Shown: positions 19,148-29,117 of the stretch, in pieces | Layout: each line of letters opens with the position of its first letter | How positions within the stretch are numbered: the first letter of the stretch is position 1 | Source: an uncultured Rikenellaceae bacterium | Lineage (GTDB): Bacteria > Bacteroidota > Bacteroidia > Bacteroidales > VadinHA17 | Assembly (NCBI GenBank): GCA_964613785.1 | Contig: CAZTJT010000012.1 | Span: 37,065-101,064 of the forward strand | DNA: 64,000 nt | Direction of reading: 5' to 3' | Made by a program: the position numbers and the translations under genes | The notes under the pieces: model-generated | Databases searched by the model: none | What the model was told of the DNA's origin: nothing | What the model saw: the letters and a program-made list of their open reading frames with translations, nothing else

Positions 19148-22087
19148 TCAGGGTTTGGTGATCAATGCCTCATACAGTATTTCTACAGGATGTTTAGCTT
19201 TTCGGCCGGTACCATCTTTGATATGATGTCTGCAGCTGGTTCCCGGAGCAGCAATGACAACATCACTTCTGCTGCTCCTAATTTCAGGAAATAGAACAAG
19301 TTCTCCAATTTTCTGGGACAGATCATAATGCTCCTTTTCATATCCGAATGATCCGGCCATTCCGCAACAACCCGAGGGGATTTCTTTTACCATGTAATTT
19401 TCAGGAATGGATAGCATGTTAATAGAAGGGGCCGAAGAAGATACGGCCCTCTGCTGACAATGCGCATGAAGCAGTATTTCACGTCTTTCAGTGGTAAATG
19501 ACTCTCGGCTTATTCTTCCTTCCCTGAATTCCCTGTCGATGAATTCGTCAATAAGGTAACTGTTAGCCGCAATTTTCAGGGCTTTTTCTTTCAGGCCGGC
19601 TCCAGCAAGATCAGGATACTCATCACGGAATCCAAATATTGCTGAGGGCTCAATACCAATCAGCGGCAGTGACTCACTAATAATATCACAAAGAGCGCTA
19701 ATGTTCTTTTTTGATATTTTTCCTGCTTTCCTCAGCAATCCTTTGGAAATAAATGTTCTTGCACTTATATCATGATTTATTGTGACAACTTTGTAATTAA
19801 GTGAGGTCAATAGCTTAATTGCGGCAATTCCGGTTTCTGTATCATTGTAATTAGTGAACTCATCAACAAAAAGGCATACTGTTCCCTGTGGATTATCAGG
19901 ATTCAGCCCTGCCAGATTATTTCTGATCCATCTCCTTAGGCTTGTATTGTATATCAATGGTATAGACCTCTGAACTGCGAAGCCTATGGCCCTTTTAAGT
20001 ATTCCTGAGAAAAATCTGTTGGCGAGAAAGTAATTATAAATTCGTGGTATAATGGATCCGATCTTGTTAAAGGTTGTTATATATGCAACGAGAAGGGTCC
20101 TGAGAGGAATATGGTGCCTGTCGTACCAGTGCTGGAGATACTCCGATTTCAGCTTTGCGATATCAACACCGGAGGGACATTCGGATTTGCATCCCTTGCA
20201 ACCGAGGCATAAATCAAGGATATTATAAACTTCCTGGTGATTCCACGGATCAGCATCTTCCTTACTGAGAAATTCCCGAAGCAGATTTGCCCTGGCCCTT
20301 GTTGAACATTCTTCGTCCCTGGTTGCCATGAAACTTGGGCACATTGTGCCTCCAAATACCACTGATTTCCTACAGTCTCCTGATCCGTTGCATTTTTCTG
20401 CTGCTCTTATTATTCCATCAGTCGATGAAAAATCATATATTGTTTCAATGTCCCTGGTAATGGTTCCCGGCTTATATCTCAGCTGGGTGTTCATCGAGGG
20501 TGTATCGGTAATTTTGCCGGGATTAAGAATATTCTCAGGATCCCAGCATTTTTTGATTTTCTTGAGAAGCTGGTAATTATGTTCCCCCAGCATAAGAGGA
20601 ATGAATTCGCCTCTTAACCTACCGTCACCATGCTCCCCGCTTAACGATCCACGGTATTTTTTTACAAGCCTGGCTGTTTCAAGCGCTATTGTCCTGAATA
20701 ACTTTACATCTTCTGGATCCTTAAGATTCAAGACGGGCCTGAGATGAAGCTCTCCGGTTCCGATATGAGCATGATAAACCGAGTCTTTACCATACTTTGC
20801 AAGCATATTACCGAATTCTTCCATGTAAGAAGGAAGATCTTCAACTCTTACTGAAGTGTCTTCCACAAGTGACACAGGCCTTCCGTCACCTTTCATATTG
20901 CCCAGTATGCCAAGACCTGCCTTTCTTAAAGCCCATACCTTAGCCATGTCAGGACCCTTTACAACAGGGTATGAATATCCGTAACCGGCAGCTTTGAGAG
21001 CATTTATTAGATCATTGGCCACAGAATCGACCTCCTTTTCTGAATGGCACGCAAACTCCACAATCATAATGGCACCTGGGTCTCCATCGATGAAAAACCT
21101 GTTCTCTTTCTGGCTAAGGTTATCGCGTGTAAGGGCAAGTATTTTGTCATCTGTAAGCTCAACGGCTGCCGGATTGAATTTTAAAGCTATCAGATTTGCA
21201 TGAAATGCTTCATCTCTTTTTTTGTGATGGACGCATACAAGGGCTTTATATTTTGGCGGCAGTTCTACCAGGTTAAGCTTTATTTCGGTGGTTATCGCCA
21301 GCGTTCCTTCCGATCCGGCGAGTAGTTTGCAGAAATTGAACTGTTTATCCGATCCTTCATCAAAAATATTAGTGTCGAGCAACAGATCCAGGGCATATCC
21401 GGTATTGCGCCTGGGAATTAATGGATCAGGGTACTGTTCTTTAATATTCTTCCTGTTATCAGCATCTGAAAGAATATCCCTGATATTTCTGTATATGGCA
21501 CCTTCGAGGGTGTCAGCCTTACACTTATCATCAAAGGTCCTTTTATCGACAGGACCGAATAATGCTTCGCTTCCATCGCTAAGAAGGGCCCTGATCTCAA
21601 TAGTATGGTCCCTTGTTGAGCCATATATAAGCGAGTGTGACCCACATGCATTGTTTCCAACCATTCCCCCAAGATTGCATCTGTTTGATGTGGAAGTTTC
21701 AGGCCCGAAAAACAGGCCATAAGGCTTCAGGTAAATATTCAGCTCATCAAGAACAACACCCGGCTCAACTCTTACCCATTTCTCATCTCTGTTTAGCTCA
21801 ATGATCCTGTTCATATATCGCGATATATCAGCTACTATACCAGAGGTTACGACCTGACCGGCAATTGAAGTGCCCGCAGCTCTCATAGTGAGGCCTGTTT
21901 TTTCTTCTGATGCAAACTTCAGAACTTTACGCAGATCAGAAACTCCTTTAGGCCACACCACCGCCACCGGCATTTCTTTATAATCAGAGGCATCAGTAGA
22001 ATATATAGTTCGTGTAATAATATCGTATTTGATGTCGCCTTCCAGATTTTCTTTAAGCAGATCAAGCTTTGAGCTTACAGAATTCAT
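19148..22087 (-). CDS. FAD-binding oxidase fused to a 4Fe-4S/CCG (GlpC-like) domain; YdiJ-like 2-hydroxyacid dehydrogenase
   Basis: 979 aa. N-terminal FAD_binding_4 (RAAGTSIAGQ), central GEHGDGRLR, two Cys clusters (CNGSGDCRK...CP and CLGCKGCKSECPSGVD) and C-terminal CCG motifs (GCCGMAGSFG). Confidence 0.8.
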   Translation of the reverse strand: MNSVSSKLDLLKENLEGDIKYDIITRTIYSTDASDYKEMPVAVVWPKGVSDLRKVLKFASEEKTGLTMRAAGTSIAGQVVTSGIVADISRYMNRIIELNRDEKWVRVEPGVVLDELNIYLKPYGLFFGPETSTSNRCNLGGMVGNNACGSHSLIYGSTRDHTIEIRALLSDGSEALFGPVDKRTFDDKCKADTLEGAIYRNIRDILSDADNRKNIKEQYPDPLIPRRNTGYALDLLLDTNIFDEGSDKQFNFCKLLAGSEGTLAITTEIKLNLVELPPKYKALVCVHHKKRDEAFHANLIALKFNPAAVELTDDKILALTRDNLSQKENRFFIDGDPGAIMIVEFACHSEKEVDSVANDLINALKAAGYGYSYPVVKGPDMAKVWALRKAGLGILGNMKGDGRPVSLVEDTSVRVEDLPSYMEEFGNMLAKYGKDSVYHAHIGTGELHLRPVLNLKDPEDVKLFRTIALETARLVKKYRGSLSGEHGDGRLRGEFIPLMLGEHNYQLLKKIKKCWDPENILNPGKITDTPSMNTQLRYKPGTITRDIETIYDFSSTDGIIRAAEKCNGSGDCRKSVVFGGTMCPSFMATRDEECSTRARANLLREFLSKEDADPWNHQEVYNILDLCLGCKGCKSECPSGVDIAKLKSEYLQHWYDRHHIPLRTLLVAYITTFNKIGSIIPRIYNYFLANRFFSGILKRAIGFAVQRSIPLIYNTSLRRWIRNNLAGLNPDNPQGTVCLFVDEFTNYNDTETGIAAIKLLTSLNYKVVTINHDISARTFISKGLLRKAGKISKKNISALCDIISESLPLIGIEPSAIFGFRDEYPDLAGAGLKEKALKIAANSYLIDEFIDREFREGRISRESFTTERREILLHAHCQQRAVSSSAPSINMLSIPENYMVKEIPSGCCGMAGSFGYEKEHYDLSQKIGELVLFPEIRSSRSDVVIAAPGTSCRHHIKDGTGRKAKHPVEILYEALITKP

Positions 22088-22283
22088 AAATTATGGGTTT
22101 AAAAGCCCCAAATTTATAAAATGATTTGAACAGGTACTGAACTTCCTTAGTATTTATTATTTGATGGATTTTTACCGAAATTCAGGCAGATTTTAAGAAA
22201 CATGACTAACATTTTTGTTTAATAGGACTTTTTTTTTGTACATTTAGACCATAATGTTAAATATATTATATTATTGATATACA

Positions 22284-23288
22284 ATGGAATTACTAGAAAG
22301 GATCAAACTTAATGCCAAAAAACACAATATGCGGATAGTTCTTCCCGAGGGATACGAGGAAAGGAATCTTAGGGCAGCTGATATAGCCACTGAGCAGGGG
22401 CTTGCACAGATTTTTCTTATCGGCGATCCTGACGAGATTTCAGAACATGCGTTAAAGCTTGGCTTAAGGAATATTTCAGGGGTTAGGGTAATTAATCCAA
22501 GGTCGCATGAAAGAAAGGATCATTACATAGATATAATGGTTGAGCTCAGAAAAAGCAAGGGAATGACTGTAGAGGAAGCATCACGTCTTATTGAAGATCC
22601 GCTTTACCTTGGCGTTATGATGATCAAAGCCGGTGATGCGGATGGTGAAGTTTCAGGCGCAGATCACTCTACGGGAGACGTGCTTCGCCCTGCATTCCAA
22701 TATGTTAAGACGGCACCTGGAATATCAGTCGTTTCAGGCGCTTTTCTGATGATCCACCCCAACAAATCATTCGGTGCTGATGGGATTTTTGTATTTGCCG
22801 ATGGTGCAGTGCATCCTAACCCTACTGACAGGGAACTTGCAGAGATCGCTGTTACCACTGCACATACAGCCAGAACCATCGGCGGCTTTGAGCCTGTCGT
22901 TGCCATGCTAAGCTTCTCAACGAAAGGAAGTGCAAAGCATGAAATGGTTGATAAAGTGATCAATGCAACAAGAATGGCCAAAGAGATGGCACCTGATCTG
23001 GTTATTGACGGGGAATTTCAGGTTGATGCAGCTCTAGTTGAAGAAATAGGGAGGAAAAAAGCTCCCGGAAGTACAATTCCAGGAAAGGCCAATGTTCTGA
23101 TATTCCCTAACCTGGAAAGTGGAAATATAGCCTATAAGCTTGTTCAGCGCCTTGCCGGCGCAGAAGCCATCGGTCCGATACTACAGGGGATGGCTGCCCC
23201 AATAAATGACCTTTCGCGCGGTTGCTCAGTCAGCGACATAGTAAGTATGATTGCGATAACCGCCAATCAGGCAGCAGGAAGAAAATAA
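22284..23288 (+). CDS. pta: Phosphate acetyltransferase (short PTA_PTB-only form)
   Basis: 334 aa. RIVLPEG.EER.LRAA, GDADG.VSGA.HST.D..RPA and the NI.YKL.QRL.GA.A.GPILQG pattern. Confidence 0.85.
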   Translation: MELLERIKLNAKKHNMRIVLPEGYEERNLRAADIATEQGLAQIFLIGDPDEISEHALKLGLRNISGVRVINPRSHERKDHYIDIMVELRKSKGMTVEEASRLIEDPLYLGVMMIKAGDADGEVSGADHSTGDVLRPAFQYVKTAPGISVVSGAFLMIHPNKSFGADGIFVFADGAVHPNPTDRELAEIAVTTAHTARTIGGFEPVVAMLSFSTKGSAKHEMVDKVINATRMAKEMAPDLVIDGEFQVDAALVEEIGRKKAPGSTIPGKANVLIFPNLESGNIAYKLVQRLAGAEAIGPILQGMAAPINDLSRGCSVSDIVSMIAITANQAAGRK

Positions 23289-23320
23289 CCGGATTAATTA
23301 ATAATACCCAATTCAGAAAA

Positions 23321-24532
23321 ATGATAATTCTAGTACTTAATTGTGGCAGCTCCTCAATAAAATACCAGTTGTTCAGAATGGGCAACGGAACTGAAATGAT
23401 GGCAAAAGGACTTCTGGAACGTATCGGCCTTAATGATAGTATTCTGACACATAAACCGACCGGAAAGGAACCATATAAAGTAATTAATGATATACCTGAT
23501 CATACTACAGGCATAAATATGGTAATGGCAGCCCTGACCGATCCAAGGCACGGTGTTATAAAGGATGTAAGTGAAATCAAAGCTGTGGGCCACAGAGTAG
23601 TAAACGGAGGAGAAAGCTACAAGGAAAGTGTTCTGATCGATAATGAAGTCAAAAGGCAGATTGAAATATGCAGTGAATTGGCTCCGCTTCATAATCCTGC
23701 CAATCTCAAAGGTATTCTTTCTGTTGAAAAACTGATACCTGGTGTTCCCCAGGTTGCTGTATTTGATACTTCCTTTCATCAGACAATGCCTGATTACGCT
23801 TATATGTACGCACTGCCTTACGAATATTATGAAAAATACAAGATCAGAAAATACGGTTACCATGGTACGAGCCATAAATTTGTGGCTTCAAAAGCAGCTA
23901 ACCTTATAGGCAGGGATATCAGAGACCTTAAGATTATAACCTGCCACCTTGGCAATGGAGCATCCATTACCGCAATCCAGGGAGGACGCTCAATAGATAC
24001 CTCTATGGGTTTTACCCCTGTTGACGGATTGATCATGGGTACCAGGACTGGTGAAATAGATCCTGGTGTCCTTATTTATATTGCCGATAAGGAGCATCTT
24101 AATGTATCGGGAGTAAACAATCTAATCAACAAAAAAAGCGGTGTTGCAGGAATTTCACAGCTTTCTTCCGATATGCGCGATCTTGAAATCGCTGCTGCAG
24201 AAGGAAATGAAAAGGCTATACTCGCTCTCAACATGTATGCCTATAAAGTCAAAAAGTTCATAGGATCATATATAGCTGTACTTAACGGACTTGATCTTCT
24301 GGTATTCACCGGCGGAGTGGGGGAGAACGACTACAAAATGAGGGCAATGATATGCTCCGACATGGAAAACCTGGGTATTGATTTTGATTTCAAGGCAAAT
24401 GACGGGGTCAGGTGCCGTGATATTGTAATTTCGAAACCCGAATCAAGGGTTAAAGTAATGTGCATAACAACCGACGAGGAATTCGTAATTGCTTCTGATA
24501 CAAGATATATAGTTGAACATCATACTATATGA
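23321..24532 (+). CDS. ackA: Acetate kinase
   Basis: Start at MIILVLNCGSSSIKYQLF (ATG 23321). The track ORF from 23222 overlaps pta and is not credible. Motifs HRVV.GG, LAPLHNP, FDTSFHQTMP, YGYHGTSH and FTGGVGEN. Confidence 0.92.
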   Translation: MIILVLNCGSSSIKYQLFRMGNGTEMMAKGLLERIGLNDSILTHKPTGKEPYKVINDIPDHTTGINMVMAALTDPRHGVIKDVSEIKAVGHRVVNGGESYKESVLIDNEVKRQIEICSELAPLHNPANLKGILSVEKLIPGVPQVAVFDTSFHQTMPDYAYMYALPYEYYEKYKIRKYGYHGTSHKFVASKAANLIGRDIRDLKIITCHLGNGASITAIQGGRSIDTSMGFTPVDGLIMGTRTGEIDPGVLIYIADKEHLNVSGVNNLINKKSGVAGISQLSSDMRDLEIAAAEGNEKAILALNMYAYKVKKFIGSYIAVLNGLDLLVFTGGVGENDYKMRAMICSDMENLGIDFDFKANDGVRCRDIVISKPESRVKVMCITTDEEFVIASDTRYIVEHHTI

Positions 24533-24560
24533 AGGAAAAAAACCTTACAAAAACAACGAT

Positions 24561-25463
24561 ATGGTACTTAAGAGCCTTTCCGACCTAAAAAATATAGTAT
24601 CAGGTAAACCAAGAAAAAAACTTTTACTTGCAGCGGCTCAGGATCAGCACTCACTTGGAGCTGTGATAAGGGCATGGCAGGATAATATAATAGAACCTGT
24701 ACTCATTGGTGATGCTGACGGTATAAATAATATCTGCAGGGAGAATGGTTACAATATCGATGGATTGCGCATAATTCACGAACCGGGAACCGAGGCGGCT
24801 GTTGAAATGGCAGTGAAAATGCTCAGCGGAAAGCAGGCCGACGTACTTATGAAAGGTAAAGTAGGAACATCTGTTCTATTGAAATGTGTACTTAATAAGG
24901 AATGGGGTCTGCGGACCGGCAATCTTCTTTCACATATCGCTCTTTTTGAAGTTGAAACTTACCATAAATTGATTGCCGTTACCGACGTTGCAATGAATAT
25001 AGCGCCAAATCTTAAGGATAAAATTGCAATCGTAAACAATTCGGTGTCATTCCTTCTCAAACTGGGATATGTAATGCCAAAAGTAGCAGTTCTGGGTGCG
25101 GTGGAAATGGTTAATGAGAATATGGAAGCTACCCTCGATGCCGCTCTTCTTTCAAAGATGAACCAGCGCGATCAGATTAAAAACTGCATTATCGACGGAC
25201 CTCTGGCATTCGATAATGCCATCAGCTATGAAAGTGCTCATCATAAGGGAATTAAAAGTGAAGTAGCAGGTGATACTGACCTTCTTCTTATGCCCGATAT
25301 CGAAGTTGGAAATGTACTTTATAAGTCACTTGTGTTTTTTGCCAAAGCCAAAGTAGCATCTATCATTCTTGGTGCCAAGGTGCCTATCGTACTGACTTCC
25401 AGGTCTGATTCCGAACAGGCCAAATACGACAGCATCCTTCTTTCAGCTGCAGCCAGCAACTAA
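24561..25463 (+). CDS. ptb: Phosphate butyryltransferase (PTA_PTB family), copy 1
   Basis: About 300 aa. Start at MVLKSLSDL. Motifs AAAQD...G, ADVLMKG, DGPLAFDNA, EVGN.LYKSL and VLTSRSDS. Confidence 0.8.
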   Translation: MVLKSLSDLKNIVSGKPRKKLLLAAAQDQHSLGAVIRAWQDNIIEPVLIGDADGINNICRENGYNIDGLRIIHEPGTEAAVEMAVKMLSGKQADVLMKGKVGTSVLLKCVLNKEWGLRTGNLLSHIALFEVETYHKLIAVTDVAMNIAPNLKDKIAIVNNSVSFLLKLGYVMPKVAVLGAVEMVNENMEATLDAALLSKMNQRDQIKNCIIDGPLAFDNAISYESAHHKGIKSEVAGDTDLLLMPDIEVGNVLYKSLVFFAKAKVASIILGAKVPIVLTSRSDSEQAKYDSILLSAAASN

Positions 25464-25470
25464 GCCTACA

Positions 25471-26373
25471 ATGATCCGCTCGCTTGACCAGATGGTGGAA
25501 AAGGTGCTTTCTGAAAGAAGAACCTACAAAATTGCAGTTGCATGGGCTCATGACTACAACACCCTCTTTGCTGTAAAAAAAGCAGTTGATGAGTGTATCG
25601 CAGAAGTAATACTCATCGGAAATGAAACTGAAATAAAAAGAAACTGCTCCCGGGCAGGCATCAAACCAGATGTTTTCACCATTATTGAATCAGACGATGA
25701 GATTTCCGCCGCAGAGTGTGCCGTAAAAATAGTCCGATCAGGGCAGGCTGATATTGTGATGAAGGGTCTGGTGAGTACCGACAAATTCCTTAAAGCCGTC
25801 ATGGACAAAGAAAAAGGATTGATGACTCCGGGAGCAGTATTAACCTATGTATGTGCCCTTCAGTTGCCAGAATACCATAAACTTCTTTTCATTACCGATC
25901 CGGCTGTAATACCTTTTCCGAGTCTGGAACAAAAGATAGCAATGGCGGAGTACGCAATCGAAATGACTAACAGATTCGGTATAGAAAAACCAAAGGTTGC
26001 ACTGATAGGAGCTTCTGAAAAACCAAGCCGTCATTTTGAAAGTTCAGCCCATTATGAGACCATGAAAAAAATGGCAATGGAAGGTAAAATCTCCGGTTGC
26101 ATCATGGATGGCCCGCTTGATGTCTTCCTTGCCTGTGACAGTAAAAGCGTTGAAATAAAAGGGGTGAAGACCCCCGTTGAAGGTGATGCTGATATACTTC
26201 TATTCCCATCCCTTGAATCATCAAATCCATTCTATAAAGGACTTATGCTTTTTGCCGGGGGAGAACTGGGGGGTCTTATTCGGGGAACACAAAAACCGGT
26301 AATCGTAATGTCGCGCAGTGAAAGTGAAAGATCTAAATTCTACTGCATTGCACTGGCCTGCCTTATGGCATAA
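25471..26373 (+). CDS. ptb: Phosphate butyryltransferase (PTA_PTB family), copy 2
   Basis: 300 aa, 7 nt after copy 1, with the same architecture (ADIVMKG, DGPLD, LESSNPFYKGL, VMSRSES). It is clearly diverged from copy 1. Confidence 0.8.
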   Translation: MIRSLDQMVEKVLSERRTYKIAVAWAHDYNTLFAVKKAVDECIAEVILIGNETEIKRNCSRAGIKPDVFTIIESDDEISAAECAVKIVRSGQADIVMKGLVSTDKFLKAVMDKEKGLMTPGAVLTYVCALQLPEYHKLLFITDPAVIPFPSLEQKIAMAEYAIEMTNRFGIEKPKVALIGASEKPSRHFESSAHYETMKKMAMEGKISGCIMDGPLDVFLACDSKSVEIKGVKTPVEGDADILLFPSLESSNPFYKGLMLFAGGELGGLIRGTQKPVIVMSRSESERSKFYCIALACLMA

Positions 26374-26417
26374 ACTTATATTCCTTCCAAGAACTAAATC
26401 AAACACCATATCAGCTC

Positions 26418-27494
26418 ATGGCTAAAAGATTAATCCTTGCAGTAAATCCTGGGTCAACTTCTACAAAATTTGCAGTTTTCGAAGAGGAAAATCTTTTATT
26501 TGAGAAAACACTCAGGCATTCATTTAAGGAATTGGAACCTTACAAGAGGATCACTGATCAGTTCCATTTCAGGAAAGATTTGATTGTGAAAGAATTAACA
26601 ATGAGGGGCGTGGATTTTTCTCGCATAGTGGCCATTGTGGGACGCGGAGGACTCGTTAAGCCTATTGAATCAGGTATTTATGAGGTCAACGACCGAATGA
26701 AAAATGATCTTGAAGCAGGCATAATGGGAGAACATGCAAGTAATCTTGGAGCTTTGATCGCCGACGATATTGCATCATCCTTACCCGGTGCAAAAGCATA
26801 TATAGTAGACCCTGTGGTTGTGGATGAGCTACAACCTGTTGCAAGACTTTCAGGACATCCGGCGATTGCGCGCTTGTCGATCTTTCATGCTCTTAATCAG
26901 AAAGCTGTTGCAAGAAAATATTCTTCATCAATCGGAAAGAATTATGAAGACCTTAATCTTATAATTGCCCATATGGGCGGGGGAATAAGTGTAGGAGCCC
27001 ATAGAAAAGGAAAGGTTGTGGATGTAAACAATGCGCTTAATGGAGACGGACCCTTTTCACCCGAGCGATCAGGAGGACTGCCTTCGGGCCAACTTATTGA
27101 CCTGTGCTTCAGCGGAAATTACTCTCATCAGGACATGAAATCGATGATTACAGGAAAAGGCGGGATGGTGGCATATCTGGGCACTAACAACTTTGTTGAA
27201 GTATGCAGCAGAGCAGAAAAAGGTGATGCTGAAGCTTTGCTCATTAGAGACGCCCTAGCCTACCAGGTCGCAAGGGAGATAGGAGCAATGGCCGCTGTGC
27301 TCTCTGGTGCAGTCGATGCAATTATACTGACAGGAGGGCTTGCCTATCAGGACGAACATGTGAAAAGAATAGAAAATATGGTCAGGTTCATTGCCGACGT
27401 ACATGTATTCCCGGGTGAAGATGAAATTAAAGCACTTGCATTTAACGGACTTCTGGCTCTTGAAGGTAAAATTGATATCAAGACCTACACTTAA
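26418..27494 (+). CDS. buk: Butyrate kinase
   Basis: RLILAVNPGSTSTKFAVFEE start, IVGRGG, AHMGGGISVGAH, PFSPERSGGLP and ILTGGLAY. Length is 358 aa. Confidence 0.9.
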   Translation: MAKRLILAVNPGSTSTKFAVFEEENLLFEKTLRHSFKELEPYKRITDQFHFRKDLIVKELTMRGVDFSRIVAIVGRGGLVKPIESGIYEVNDRMKNDLEAGIMGEHASNLGALIADDIASSLPGAKAYIVDPVVVDELQPVARLSGHPAIARLSIFHALNQKAVARKYSSSIGKNYEDLNLIIAHMGGGISVGAHRKGKVVDVNNALNGDGPFSPERSGGLPSGQLIDLCFSGNYSHQDMKSMITGKGGMVAYLGTNNFVEVCSRAEKGDAEALLIRDALAYQVAREIGAMAAVLSGAVDAIILTGGLAYQDEHVKRIENMVRFIADVHVFPGEDEIKALAFNGLLALEGKIDIKTYT

Positions 27495-28186
27495 GGATTT
27501 GAAACAGCAACAGGCAATATTTTCCCATTGAAAAACCTGTTCCCAGTAACTGCAAAATAAGCTATAAATTCAGCCATATGAACTGGCTGCACAGGCGCCT
27601 TATAGCCAGGAAATGCATTCTCGAACATTTCCGTCTGAACTGCTCCAAGTGCAAGACAGTTTATACTTATTCCGCTTCCGGAAAGTTCCACTGCAAGACA
27701 TTCGGTCAGACATGCAATTGAAGCTTTTGAAGCACTATAATAGGCCATACCTCTGAACTTCGAACTCCCCTGATATCCTCCCATACTTGATATATTGACA
27801 ATATGAGAACCATCTCCCATGATAGGAACCACAAGTTTTATCAATGTTGCTGGACCGAAAAAGTTGACTTCCATCATTAATCTGGCTTCCTTTTCGGATA
27901 TTGTCATGAAATCCTTAACAAAGAGAGTACCGGCACAGTTTATTAAAATGTCGATCCTGCTAAAGCGACTGTATATATGATTCTTAATGGAATCAATACT
28001 TCTCTCCATGTTGGCTAGGTTCATGACCAGATATGTAACATTTTCGTTTGTTATCGAATCTGAAAATTCTTTCATTGCATGCTCATCCCTTCCTGTAATA
28101 AGTATCTGATTATCCCTGTCTGAAGACATGATCTTTGCAACTTCCCTTCCTATGCCTTTTGAACCGCCATTGATGAGTATGTTCAT
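27491..28186 (-). CDS. Short-chain dehydrogenase/reductase (SDR)
   Basis: NGGSKGIGREVA cofactor motif, NCAG, and catalytic YYSASKAS. Its stop codon overlaps the buk stop (shared TTAA). Confidence 0.8.
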   Translation of the reverse strand: MNILINGGSKGIGREVAKIMSSDRDNQILITGRDEHAMKEFSDSITNENVTYLVMNLANMERSIDSIKNHIYSRFSRIDILINCAGTLFVKDFMTISEKEARLMMEVNFFGPATLIKLVVPIMGDGSHIVNISSMGGYQGSSKFRGMAYYSASKASIACLTECLAVELSGSGISINCLALGAVQTEMFENAFPGYKAPVQPVHMAEFIAYFAVTGNRFFNGKILPVAVSNP

Positions 28187-28452
28187 TCCTATGTGTTTTT
28201 AAAATGAAAGCTTTGACAGATATTGTTTTAAATGACAAATTATGTGATTTGCAGTGTTTCCCCTGGCCTGAACTTGTTCTATCTGACGGTTAATGTAGAT
28301 TATCTTATGCAAAGAGCCGGTTCCGGCAGATATTTAATGTTCATTTCTATAACTATAACTCAAATCCAAATACAAATTTTTTGATAATTTTGCCTTCTCT
28401 TTTGTTATTGTAAAGGTATAAAATGTATTAGTTTTATCAATAATGTAATCCT

Positions 28453-29049
28453 GTGGATACATCCGGCAAAACCAGATTGTTGCTTTTTCTTTTCTTCTTG
28501 TTGGCATTTCCGGTTCTAGCGCAGAAACAAGACAAGGAGATGTTTCCGCTGCAGGTATCTGACAGAGAGGTACCTCCATTGCGTGAGAGAATGTTTTATG
28601 GAGGAAATATCGGACTGGCATTCGGAACCATAACCGACATTGAAATCAGTCCACTGGCAGGAGTATGGTTACTTCCAAGAATAGACATTGCCGCTGGGCC
28701 TACTTTCAGGTATTACAAAAGCCCATATTTCGGAAAAACAATTATATATGGAGGAAGAGCCTACTTTGAGTACATGTTTCTACAGGATATTGACAACATT
28801 ATTCCTCTTGGAATTCACTCCGGACTGTTCTTTCACGGTGAATATGAGCTGCTTAGTCTGGAAACGGCTTTTTTTGGCGAATCATTTGATTCAAAAAGGT
28901 TCCTATCAGGCACTTTTCTGATCGGGGGTGGTATTAGTCAGTATGTCTCCCAGAGATCTTCAATTAATCTTAGTTTTCTGTGGCCACTGAATGATGCAGG
29001 CTATGGAATATATTCAAGCCCGGAAATACGCATATCATTCATTTTTTAG
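28453..29049 (+). CDS. Hypothetical secreted beta-rich protein (possible small outer-membrane barrel)
   Basis: Signal peptide LLLFLFFLLAFPVLAQ. Alternating hydrophobic pattern and a C-terminal ...EIRISFIF ending in Phe. Confidence 0.45.
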   Translation: MDTSGKTRLLLFLFFLLAFPVLAQKQDKEMFPLQVSDREVPPLRERMFYGGNIGLAFGTITDIEISPLAGVWLLPRIDIAAGPTFRYYKSPYFGKTIIYGGRAYFEYMFLQDIDNIIPLGIHSGLFFHGEYELLSLETAFFGESFDSKRFLSGTFLIGGGISQYVSQRSSINLSFLWPLNDAGYGIYSSPEIRISFIF

Positions 29050-29117
29050 TCTTATTTTTCATTTATAAAATACATAATTTCTTATAATTAATAAATTTAC
29101 CTTCATTAATTATTTAT

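Noticed and set aside
23222-23320. A 33-codon N-terminal extension of ackA would overlap pta.
   Set aside because: The extension has no similarity to acetate kinase. The canonical MIILVLNCGSSSIKY start is at 23321, 32 nt after the pta stop.
27491-27494. The stop codons of convergent buk and the SDR gene overlap (shared TTAA), and the LexA-like and MobB-like genes abut at 50006/50007.
   Set aside because: This is simple compact convergent gene packing. There is no evidence of regulatory or antisense significance from sequence alone.
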